Origin: a candidate division WOR-3 bacterium
GTDB lineage: Bacteria; Hydrothermota; Tepidihabitantia; SM23-42; CAYGYG01
Length of the DNA stretch: 64,000 nt
Direction: 5' to 3'
Assembly: GCA_965648915.1 (NCBI GenBank)
Contig: CBFGIV010000001.1
Coordinates: forward strand, 32,001 to 96,000
Within the stretch, counting starts at the first letter, position 1; each line of letters opens with the position of its first letter. Below are positions 1 through 9,100 of this stretch, one piece after another. The translations under genes and the position numbers were made by a program. Below the pieces are notes generated by a model. It saw only the letters and a list, made by a program, of their open reading frames with translations. It was not told the DNA's origin and ran no database searches.

Positions 1-1
1 G

Positions 2-1219
2 GGTGAAATAACCTATATTCTCCATTTCGGGGGCGATCTGGCACGATCCCAGAATCTTGCAACTACAACCAGTAGGGAATTTGGCCAACTGGTTGTTCTG
101 AACTGGGCACCACCCCAGTGGGATGAGCACTTAGACCATTACACGATCTATCTCCATTATCCGATTGAAACCCCGGGCAAAGAGGTCAGACCCGATGATT
201 ATGGTTTTTTGACCGAACCATTTATGAATAAGAATTATCTGATCGATTATTATGGTCAGGTTTATCAGGGGCACAATTATTTTACGGTTCGAATACATAA
301 AAATAATCTCCAGACAAGAGAGAAGATGCCGATTCAATGTTATATACCGGAACGGTATTTTGAAACTGAAAAGTTCGGTCGTGTCCGATTACCTGCGCCG
401 AGCAGGAAAAAGACCGGGGGAGCGGGTGTATCCTATGATATAATTTATGCCTTGATATCAATCGTGCCTTATCTCTTTTATTCGAATCGTAAGGCAAGAC
501 GTGTCCAGCAGGCATTTGTCGAGGTTGAGACACTAAACTGGCTCAAACAGGATTGGATACCACCCAAGATTGAACTGGCGACATTTCGCAAGACTGGTAA
601 GGTGGCGAAGCTCGATTTCATCGAGGCGGCACTCCTTCTTGACTTTCCGGTTAATAAGGTCTTAACAATTCTCTTCAATAATCTTGAAAAATTCGGGATC
701 CTCAAAGTAAACTCGATTGACCCATTGAATGTTAAGGTCCTTCATCTCCCGGTGGGTCTGCGTTACTATGAGCATGTTCTTATAAATGCAATCAAAACCG
801 ATGGCACAATTGACGAAAATGGTTTAAAGGCAGTTATCAATGTGGTCGTCGAGAAATTGAGTCAGAAGATGTGGGATTGTGATGTTGAAGCGACCAAGGC
901 ATACTATCGTCAGAAGATATCTGCACCCGGTATTGATGATCGATATCAAGAGCAGGAGTATTACGATTATCTTATGGATCGGGATTTTTATCTACGCAGT
1001 CGTTATCGAACGATGGAGAATTCAATTGTTCCGATCAGTGAAGAGTTTAAGACCTATTCAAATTTTATACACTCTGATGCCTGTCATAGCGCATGCTATG
1101 TACATACTGCCTGCCATGATGCCTGCCATTCGGCCTGCCACTCCGCCTGTCATTCGGCCTGCCACTCCGCCTGTCACTCGGCTTGCCATTCGGCCTGTGT
1201 TAGCGGAGGAGCACACTGA
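2..1219 (+). CDS. 5'-truncated membrane protein with C-terminal Cys/His-rich (ACHS)n tail; putative radical SAM substrate
   Basis: The frame of ORF 209..1219 is open back to base 2 (GEITYILHFGG...), so the gene starts upstream of the window. One hydrophobic segment (IIYALISIVPYLFY) followed by basic residues. Ends ...ACHSACYVHTACHD(ACHS)x6ACVSGGAH. Confidence 0.85.
   Translation, partial: GEITYILHFGGDLARSQNLATTTSREFGQLVVLNWAPPQWDEHLDHYTIYLHYPIETPGKEVRPDDYGFLTEPFMNKNYLIDYYGQVYQGHNYFTVRIHKNNLQTREKMPIQCYIPERYFETEKFGRVRLPAPSRKKTGGAGVSYDIIYALISIVPYLFYSNRKARRVQQAFVEVETLNWLKQDWIPPKIELATFRKTGKVAKLDFIEAALLLDFPVNKVLTILFNNLEKFGILKVNSIDPLNVKVLHLPVGLRYYEHVLINAIKTDGTIDENGLKAVINVVVEKLSQKMWDCDVEATKAYYRQKISAPGIDDRYQEQEYYDYLMDRDFYLRSRYRTMENSIVPISEEFKTYSNFIHSDACHSACYVHTACHDACHSACHSACHSACHSACHSACHSACVSGGAH
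1079..1216 (+). repeat. 12-bp coding tandem repeat (GCC TGY CAY TCS) encoding ACHS
   Basis: Six consecutive ACHS units that differ only at synonymous positions, plus ACHS, ACYV, ACHD and ACVS variants. Confidence 0.95.
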
Positions 1220-2571
1220 TGATTGACAATCTTAAAAAAGATGTGAGCACGGAAAGGTTAGAGGTGAAATTTGATATTAATATTGACTGGGTTGATGAAT
1301 TTACAGAAAAGATAAGGCCGTTTGTATATGTGCGGCCCGAAGATTGTTTAATGATCTTAATTCCTAATCAGATCTACCGTTTGAATCGCAGCGGTCTCGG
1401 GATATTGAATTTTATGCTCAAGGGTGGGAAGATAAGAGAGTTAATCACCCTTCTGAATTTAAATCAAAGACAGATTGCCGAGATCCATTATTTCTTTGCC
1501 GATTTACGGGCGCTGATTAAGGGTTGTTTTCAGGAGAGTGAGAAACGCCGGGCAGTTGATTATTTTGAATATAAGGGTAATTTTAATAAATTACCGGTCC
1601 TTTCCGAAATTGCAGTAACCTACCGATGTAATTTAAATTGTAGGTTTTGCTATGTAGGCGAAAAAAGCGATTATCGAGAATTATCCACCGCTGAGTTAAA
1701 AATTGTTTTAAGGAAGATCTTTTTTGAAGCCAAAGTTCCTTCAGTCAGTTTTACCGGTGGTGAACCATTGTTGAGGAAGGATATTTTACAGATAGTTAAG
1801 TTTGCCCGCAGCCTTGGTCTCTGGACCAATTTAATTACTAATGGGACATTGATCGAGCGAGAAATGGCCCGGGATCTGAAAAGAATGGGGCTTAATTCAA
1901 GCCAGGTGAGCATCGAAGGCCATAATTCAGAGATTCATGAGCGTTTGACCGGATTGGCCGGGACCTATACCAGGACTATCAACGGGATTGAATGCTTACG
2001 CGAGGTTGGGATCCCGGTGCATACCAATACTACGGTGACAAGAGAAAACCTCGCATATCTTGAGGAGATTGTTCGTCTGGTTAAAGGACTCGGTTTGAAT
2101 CGACTCTCGATGAATCTTCTGATTCCCTGCGGTTCAGCATCAGAAAGAAAGGAGATATGGGTAAGTTATAGTGAGATTGGTGAACATATTCTCAGGGCGC
2201 AAGGCCTTGCTCGGGCCTTGGGGATAAAGTTTCTCTGGTATTCACCCGTGCCTTTGTGTAAATTCAATCCCATCGCTCATTGCCTGGGTAATAAGTCCTG
2301 TGCTGCGGTGAGTGGACTATTAAGTATTGATCCCGAGGGGAATATCTTACCCTGCTCTTCCTGGCCCCAGCCACTGGGCTCACTGCTCAAAGAACCTTTT
2401 CAAAAAATCTGGAATAGTGTTGGGGCCGAATATTTTAAAGAACATCAGTACGCGCCGGATATCTGTCAGGGATGTGAATTGTTCCCGGTCTGTATCGGTG
2501 CCTGTCCTATCTACTGGCAGCATCGAGGCGCGGATGAGTTAAAAGCGACGGTTATTGATGATGGGGTATAG
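1219..2571 (+). CDS. Radical SAM protein with N-terminal PqqD/RRE-like region and C-terminal SPASM domain
   Basis: CNLNCRFC (CxxxCxxC), TGGEPLL, and SPASM cysteines (SCAA...PC...CQGCELFPVCIGACP). About 120-aa N-terminal extension. TGATG overlap with the upstream stop. Confidence 0.9.
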   Translation: MIDNLKKDVSTERLEVKFDINIDWVDEFTEKIRPFVYVRPEDCLMILIPNQIYRLNRSGLGILNFMLKGGKIRELITLLNLNQRQIAEIHYFFADLRALIKGCFQESEKRRAVDYFEYKGNFNKLPVLSEIAVTYRCNLNCRFCYVGEKSDYRELSTAELKIVLRKIFFEAKVPSVSFTGGEPLLRKDILQIVKFARSLGLWTNLITNGTLIEREMARDLKRMGLNSSQVSIEGHNSEIHERLTGLAGTYTRTINGIECLREVGIPVHTNTTVTRENLAYLEEIVRLVKGLGLNRLSMNLLIPCGSASERKEIWVSYSEIGEHILRAQGLARALGIKFLWYSPVPLCKFNPIAHCLGNKSCAAVSGLLSIDPEGNILPCSSWPQPLGSLLKEPFQKIWNSVGAEYFKEHQYAPDICQGCELFPVCIGACPIYWQHRGADELKATVIDDGV

Positions 2572-3480
2572 ATGGAGGAAGTGAAACAGGGTTATGCCAT
2601 ATTTGACAGGGTTAACCCCGGTCTGCGCAGCCTGTTTTCGGCGGGGCTGATTCTTCTTGCTTTTCTCTTTCAGTTGAATACCAGAAGTTTCTGGACCGGT
2701 TTACCTTTGCTCATTATCTGTATTGCGATCAACTGGATGAAGAATATCTCAACCAGGGCTTTGACCGCCGATAAGCGAGAATGGGTTGAAGTGACTCCGG
2801 AAAAGATTCTGCTGGTTTATGAACAGGCCCGGCGGATAAAAAAATTTCGCAGTGGCAATTTTGGTATCGGCTGTCTTATCGCCATCATCTTTCTTTCGAT
2901 CTTTTTTCTCCCCGCCTTTGCGCAGTCAATCACCCTCTCCCCCTTCATTGTATATGTAATTATCGATGCCCTGATCCTGTTTGCCGGGCTTACTATCTCC
3001 GGGCGCAGGAGTGCCTGGATGGCACCAGGGCTCGATCTCAAGGCTGAGATTATTAATCGACTGTTGAATGCACCGATAATAAAAGATGACCCCGGTTTGA
3101 AGGCGATACCGCTTCTCGAGATCGGCAAATCAACAAAGGGTGATTTCCCGATCGATGTTCGACTCAAATTGAAATTCATCGATGCGCCTGAGGATTTTTT
3201 AGGGATCCAGGGGCAGATTTCGATCAATAGTGTGAAATCTACTGACTATCCCTATTTTTATTCGGTAGTTATTGCAAAGAAATCTTTCAATCTTCTGGCA
3301 AAAATAGGTAAACAGGAGATAGAAAGGCTGGTGATTGAAACCCAGACGCCGGCTGATGTTGATGTTGTTGTCCTACGCCAGAAAACAACCCGGACCTCGG
3401 GTTATTATACCGATAAGAATCAGCAGGATTATATACTCTTCAACGCCATTAAACTTACTAAAGAGATCTTGAAAAAATAG
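2572..3480 (+). CDS. Hypothetical membrane protein (about 4 TM segments plus soluble C-terminal domain)
   Basis: 302-aa ORF starting immediately after the rSAM stop codon; hydrophobic helices in the N-terminal half. Confidence 0.75.
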   Translation: MEEVKQGYAIFDRVNPGLRSLFSAGLILLAFLFQLNTRSFWTGLPLLIICIAINWMKNISTRALTADKREWVEVTPEKILLVYEQARRIKKFRSGNFGIGCLIAIIFLSIFFLPAFAQSITLSPFIVYVIIDALILFAGLTISGRRSAWMAPGLDLKAEIINRLLNAPIIKDDPGLKAIPLLEIGKSTKGDFPIDVRLKLKFIDAPEDFLGIQGQISINSVKSTDYPYFYSVVIAKKSFNLLAKIGKQEIERLVIETQTPADVDVVVLRQKTTRTSGYYTDKNQQDYILFNAIKLTKEILKK

Positions 3481-3483
3481 AAT

Positions 3484-5646
3484 TTAATCCCTTAGATCTT
3501 TTTCTTTAAAACCCTCTCTCTTAGAAAACAGGACCGCGCCGATGATCAAGATTAAAGAGAGGGAGCTGATGATAATTACGCCCAATGGAAAACCCCTGTG
3601 CATAATTACGAGCGGGGCGACGAGGAGCGAGACGAGATTGATTACTTTAATCATTGGATTAAGCGCGGGTCCGGCTGTATCTTTTAATGGATCGCCAACC
3701 GTATCGCCGATGACCGATGCCTTATGGCAGTCAGAACCTTTGCCTCCATAGAATCCATCCTCGATCGATTTTTTTGCATTATCCCAGGCACCCCCGGCAT
3801 TAGCCATAAAGACAGCGAGCAACTGGCCAACAAGGATGATGCCCGCAAGAAATCCGCCTAATGCTTCGGCCTTGAAGACAAAACCGACCAGGATCGGCGA
3901 GAGGATCGAAATCAGCCCGAGGCCGATCAACTCCCGCTGGGCCGCAGTCGTGCAGATGGCAACTGGTTTTGCATAATCAGGCTCGGCTCTACCTTCCCAG
4001 AGCCCGGGTATTTCAGCAAATTGACGTCGGATCTCTTTGACAATAAGAAATGCGGCACGGCCGACCGCACGGATCGCCAGGGAACTGAAGAGAAAAGGTA
4101 TCGCTCCACCGATCAACATACCGATAAAGACGACGGGATTGGAGACATCGATCTTACCCAGTTTCAAATCAACGGTAAATGCACCGAAGAGGGAGACGGC
4201 AGCGATGACTGCTGAGCCGATAGCAATACCTTTGGTTATCGCCTTGGTCGTATTGCCAACCGCATCAAGATCAGCCATAATTTGACGGGCCTTGGGCTCC
4301 ATATGAGCCATCTCACCAATCCCGTTGGCATTGTCCGATATCGGGCCGAATGCATCCATAGAGATATTGTTGCCGGTGAGGGTCAATTGTCCGATACCAC
4401 ACAGGGCAACACCGTAGAGAATATATTGAAAACCCATTCCCTGCCAGATGAGTGCCGAGGCGATGATTGAAATTGCGATGACAATTATTGCCCAGACCGT
4501 GCTTTCGTAGCCGACCGCCAGACCGCGCAGGATAACGGTAGCCGCCCCGGTCTGACTGGAACGGGCGATCTCTTTGACCGGTGCTTTCTCAGTTGATGTG
4601 AAATAATCGGTCAGGTAGTTAAAGGAGACCGCGAGGAATATACCGATGCTGGTTGAGAAGAAGACCCGCAGGTCTTTGAAATAGAAATGGGCAAAGATAA
4701 AAAAGGCGGCAATGGAAATGATGGCCGAAAGCCAGTAACCACGGTGGATCGCTTCCATGGCGTTTTCAACCTCTTTCAGAGCGCGCACCGCATAGGTGCC
4801 AATAATTGATGAGAAGACGCCTGAGGCACGGACCAGCAGGGGAAAGACGATCCACTTCAATTCAAAATCAACTTTTAAGGCGGCAATGGAAAGACCGAGG
4901 AGCATCGCTGAGACGATGGTTACTTCGTAGGATTCGAATATATCAGCAGCCATCCCGGCGCAATCACCAACATTATCGCCTACCAGATCAGCAATCACCG
5001 CGGCGTTTCTCGGGTCATCTTCCGGGATATTTTTTTCCACCTTTCCAACCAGGTCAGCACCAACATCGGCGGCTTTGGTGTAGATACCTCCACCGACCCT
5101 CATAAATAGCGCTAAGAGACACCCGCCAAATCCAAATCCGAGTAAAACTTCTGGTGCCTCTTTACCAAAAATTATAAAAATTGTGGTTCCTCCTAAAAGT
5201 CCCAGCCCGTCAGTTAACATTCCGGTAATGGTCCCGGAGCGGTAGGCGATTTTTAGTGCTTCAGCAAAACTCCTGCGAGCTGCGGACGCTACCCGCACAT
5301 TGCCCCGGACTGCCATCCCCATACCGATATAACCGACCAGGGCAGAAAATATTGAACCCATCAGAAAGGCGCCGGCCCGGCCCAGGGCAATATGTGGACC
5401 CTGGGTGGTAGTAAAGTAGAGGAGGATAGCGAGGATTACAATCAGGAAGGCGATCGCCCGGAACTGGCGATTGAGATAGGTATTTGCTCCAACTTTAATG
5501 GCATTTGATATCTTTCTCATCTTTTCATCGCCCTGATCGGCCCGGAGAATCTGAAGAGTAAGAAATAGGGCGTATAATAACCCGGCTATCGCCACACCTA
5601 AAACCGACCAGATTGCGATGATCTCAAATGTTGATGCACCGTGCAT
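3484..5646 (-). CDS. hppA: Membrane-bound proton-translocating pyrophosphatase (K+-independent type)
   Basis: DVGADLVGKVE, DNVGDCAG and GDTVGDPLKDTAGPAL motifs. GNTTKA has Lys at the K+-dependence determinant. Confidence 0.95.
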   Translation of the reverse strand: MHGASTFEIIAIWSVLGVAIAGLLYALFLTLQILRADQGDEKMRKISNAIKVGANTYLNRQFRAIAFLIVILAILLYFTTTQGPHIALGRAGAFLMGSIFSALVGYIGMGMAVRGNVRVASAARRSFAEALKIAYRSGTITGMLTDGLGLLGGTTIFIIFGKEAPEVLLGFGFGGCLLALFMRVGGGIYTKAADVGADLVGKVEKNIPEDDPRNAAVIADLVGDNVGDCAGMAADIFESYEVTIVSAMLLGLSIAALKVDFELKWIVFPLLVRASGVFSSIIGTYAVRALKEVENAMEAIHRGYWLSAIISIAAFFIFAHFYFKDLRVFFSTSIGIFLAVSFNYLTDYFTSTEKAPVKEIARSSQTGAATVILRGLAVGYESTVWAIIVIAISIIASALIWQGMGFQYILYGVALCGIGQLTLTGNNISMDAFGPISDNANGIGEMAHMEPKARQIMADLDAVGNTTKAITKGIAIGSAVIAAVSLFGAFTVDLKLGKIDVSNPVVFIGMLIGGAIPFLFSSLAIRAVGRAAFLIVKEIRRQFAEIPGLWEGRAEPDYAKPVAICTTAAQRELIGLGLISILSPILVGFVFKAEALGGFLAGIILVGQLLAVFMANAGGAWDNAKKSIEDGFYGGKGSDCHKASVIGDTVGDPLKDTAGPALNPMIKVINLVSLLVAPLVIMHRGFPLGVIIISSLSLILIIGAVLFSKREGFKEKDLRD

Positions 5647-5699
5647 AATTAAACTCCTTTTTTGACATCAAATTCCTGAGATGGAAGTTAATGCCTGTA

Positions 5700-5727
5700 A
5701 TACTATATAAAAATTCACAAAAGTCAA
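5700..5727 (-). promoter_or_regulatory. sigma70-type promoter of hppA
   Basis: TTGACT-16 bp-TAGTAT on the minus strand. Confidence 0.55.
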
Positions 5728-6060
5728 TAATTCGATTTAAATCAAAAAATAATTTCAACGGAAAGAAAACAGGAGTGTTTTGACATCCTCCAGCAAAGGA
5801 GCGTCCCGCCTTTCTTCAGCTTAGGGGCGTCTCGCCCCGACCTGCGGGACCATTCTCTCCATGCTATATTGTTATAATGTTTAGATCTGCCCCCATCGTC
5901 CCCGAATTAAGTATTGTGTCCCCGGAATTCCAAATAGCCAGTCAGGGGACTCGGTCGACTATGTGCTCAGATCCTTTCCTTGGATCCATTCTCGGTTTCT
6001 TAAGAAAGTGAGAAATCAAATTTTACGTTTCTGTGCGCATTTGCTGTTATTAACGAATGA

Positions 6061-6089
6061 TTGACAAGGAGTAAAGAAGGAAATATAAT
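6061..6089 (+). promoter_or_regulatory. sigma70-type promoter of the cyclase-STAND gene
   Basis: TTGACA-17 bp-TATAAT. Confidence 0.65.
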
Positions 6090-6110
6090 AGAATATTAAG
6101 AAAGGAACAA

Positions 6111-9100
6111 TTGATGCAGAAGACTGAAGAGCGGCGTCTGGTCACCATCCTCTTTGCTGACCTTTCAGGGTTTACAAGACTTTCGCATAGCCTTGACCCT
6201 GAGGATGTCCAGGAAGTCGCTAATGCCTGCTTTGAATATCTGAATCCACCAATCATAAAACAGGGAGGGATGATCCATAAATATGAAGGCGATCTGGTCA
6301 TTGCCCTGTTTGGTATCCCGGTAAGCCATGAAGATGACCCAGAAAGGGCGATAAAGGCAGGTCTGGAGATGCTGACTCTTATCCCGGAAATAAACAACGC
6401 ACTCACAGAGAAGTTGAAGACGAAGACTGACCTAGGTTTACATATTGGGATAAATAGCGGGACTGTGGTTATTGGTGAGGTTGGTTCTATTGAGAAGAAA
6501 GAATGGACCGTGATGGGTGATGTGGTCAATCTGGCATCAAGGTTAAAGGATATAGCAAAGAGGGGTGAGATCATAGTCTCGGAACCGGTCTGTCGGTCAT
6601 CAAGATATCTATTTGATTATGAAGCATTGCCACCGGTAAATCTTAAAGGGATTGAAGAGCCGGTTAAAATTTTTAAGCCATTAAAGATAAAAGAAAAGCC
6701 CGAGCCCAAACGGGGTATAGCCGGTCTTTACTCACCGCTCGTTGGCCGGGATCGAGAGCTTGGTCTGTTCAAAGAGAGGATATTTGATTTACAGAAAGGT
6801 AAATCTGGTGCGGTCTTTATCATCGGTGATGCGGGTCTGGGTAAATCTCGCCTTTATGAGGAACTTAAAAAATCAGTTACCCCCTCCCTTTATCCCTCCC
6901 CACCTGTGGGGGAGGAAAAGGTGGGGGGTATTACTGTTCTTGAAGCTCGGTGTTTATCATACGGTGAGATGATACCTAACTGGCCATTTTTACAGTTCTT
7001 GGAACAGATTTTCGGGATTACCGATTCTGATTCACCAGAGGCGATTCAGAAGAAACTTATAAAAAAGGCACAGCAACTCTTTTTAAATGAAGGGGCTGAA
7101 ATCTGGAAAGAGATTGTACCCTATATCGGTTATCTATTCTCAGTTCGCTTTCCTGATGAACTTGATGAAAAGATAAAATATCTTGACCCACAGGCATTGA
7201 GGATTCAAATCTCGGTGAGTGTGAGAAAATTGCTATTAACATTAGCAAGACAGGGTCCGATTATTTTGGTGATTGAAGATTATCACTGGATTGATTCTGC
7301 ATCATTAGAACTCTTAGAATTTATCTTTAATGCCTTTAGTCCTCCTTTAGAGAAGGGGGGTAATCTATTATTCATCGGTCTTTCCCGTATTGAAAAGGAG
7401 AAAGAGTGCTGGAGAACAAAGGAGCGGATGAAGGAGAAATTGGGTGAGGATTTCCTGGAGATTACCCTGAATCCCCTTGATGATGAGTCAAGTGCCCAGC
7501 TCGCCCACAATCTCTTGAAGATTCCGGGTATTCCTGAGGAATTCAGGGATAGAATTGTAACCAGGGCCGGGGGCAATCCCTTCTATCTTGAAGAGATAAT
7601 TCGCAGTTTTATAGATTCGGGTATTCTATTTTTTGGAAAAGGTATGTGGAAACTCTCAACTCCTGACTCTCAACTCTCAACTGTTTTGATTCCTGATACT
7701 GTCCAGGCAGTCATTGCCTCACGCCTGGACCATTTAGAAAGTGATGTGCGAGACCTCCTACAGATGGCATCAGTGATTGGCAGGAATTTTTATGAGCGGG
7801 TATTGGCGTATCTCAGCGGACTTGATAGTTTAATGCTTTCGCTCCATCTGGCGGTCCTTGAGGATCTTGAGTTTATCAGAGTACATAGAAGGGAGCCAGA
7901 ACTTGAGTATATCTTTCGCCATCCCCTTTTGCAGGAGGTTTGTTATAATGCTCTATTAAAGAGGCGACGTCGGCAACTACATCAAAAGATTGGTTCAATC
8001 ATAGAAGAAATTTTTAAGGAACGGGTCGATGAGTTTACTGAGTTATTAGCCTATCAATATAGCAATAGTGATGATACAGATAAGGCAGTATTCTGGTTAA
8101 GGAAGGCGGGTGAGAAGGCAAAAGCGAGTTATGCCAATGATGAAGCACTGAGGTATTTTGAGCGGCTTATTGAGATCTGTCGTGCGGCGGGAGCAAGTTA
8201 TGGATTGGTCTTAAGGGAGTCATACGAGACATTAGGTGATACTTATAATTTAAAGGGTATGTATAATAAGGCGACAGAGAGTTATAAAATGATGGCACAG
8301 GAAGGCGATAGGATAGTTGGTGCAAAGTCATTGCACAAGGTTGCAGATGTTTATAAAAATCAGGGTGATTATGAGGGTTCATTAAGGTCCCTTTTTGAAG
8401 CAGAAAAATTGGTCAGTGGTGATTCGATAGAAGAAAAGATGGAGCGGGCAGAGGTCTTAGTCCTTCGCTGCTGGATATACCGCATTAAAGGTGAGATGGA
8501 AAGGGCAACGATAGAAGGATACGAGTGTTTAAAGATACTTGATGAAATATCTACTCTTGCTTCCGCAGGTCAAAAAATTCAGTGCAAGAAGATAGCGGCA
8601 CGGACATTCAACAATCTGGGCGTAATCTTCTGGAACAAGGGTGATTATGATAAGGCAATTGAACTATTTCAAAAGTATTTAAAGATCTCTGAGGAGATTG
8701 GTTATAAGCAAGGCATTGGTATAGCGAGTGGTAATTTAGGGATGGTCTATTATTATAAGGGTGAATATGATAGGGCAACCGAACTATTTCAAAAGTATTT
8801 AAAGATCTCTGAGGAGACTGGTGATAAGCAAGGCATTGGTATAGCGAGTGGTAATTTAGGGGGTGTATTTCTGGAGATTGGTGATTTTAGAAGGGCAAAA
8901 GAGTATTTAGCAAATGCTGAAGAAGTTTTGAAGGAAATCGGTGATAAGTTTTATTTGATAGAAATATTTACAAAGATTGCCGACCTGCAGATGCAGCTGA
9001 GGGGAAAGGGCTGGCAGAAGATTTCAAATGAATATCTTACTATGGCATTTAATCTCGCCGAGGAGATAGGCTCAAAAGAAGGAAAGGCAACGACAATGCT

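Noticed and set aside
1079..1216. ACHSACH read as CxxxCH heme c attachment sites, or as a His-Xaa-Ser system
   Set aside because: The motifs overlap and share cysteines, the tail is probably cytoplasmic, and no cytochrome c maturation genes are in view. The repeat period is 4, not 3.
1079..1216. Possible CRISPR array
   Set aside because: These are contiguous 12-bp coding repeats with no spacers. No repeat-spacer array or cas gene was seen in the window.
879..1226. Pro/Ala/Thr-rich overlapping ORF (IRPATPPV repeats)
   Set aside because: It is an alternative-frame reading of the ACHS repeat; variation is synonymous only in the ACHS frame.
5770..6015. GC-rich hairpins (GGGGCGTCTCGCCCC, CCCGC/GCGGG) and a GTCCCCG(G)AATT direct repeat between hppA and the STAND gene
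   Set aside because: They match no riboswitch or ncRNA I can identify and lie upstream of the hppA promoter. Probably decayed repeat or mobile debris; support is too weak to call.
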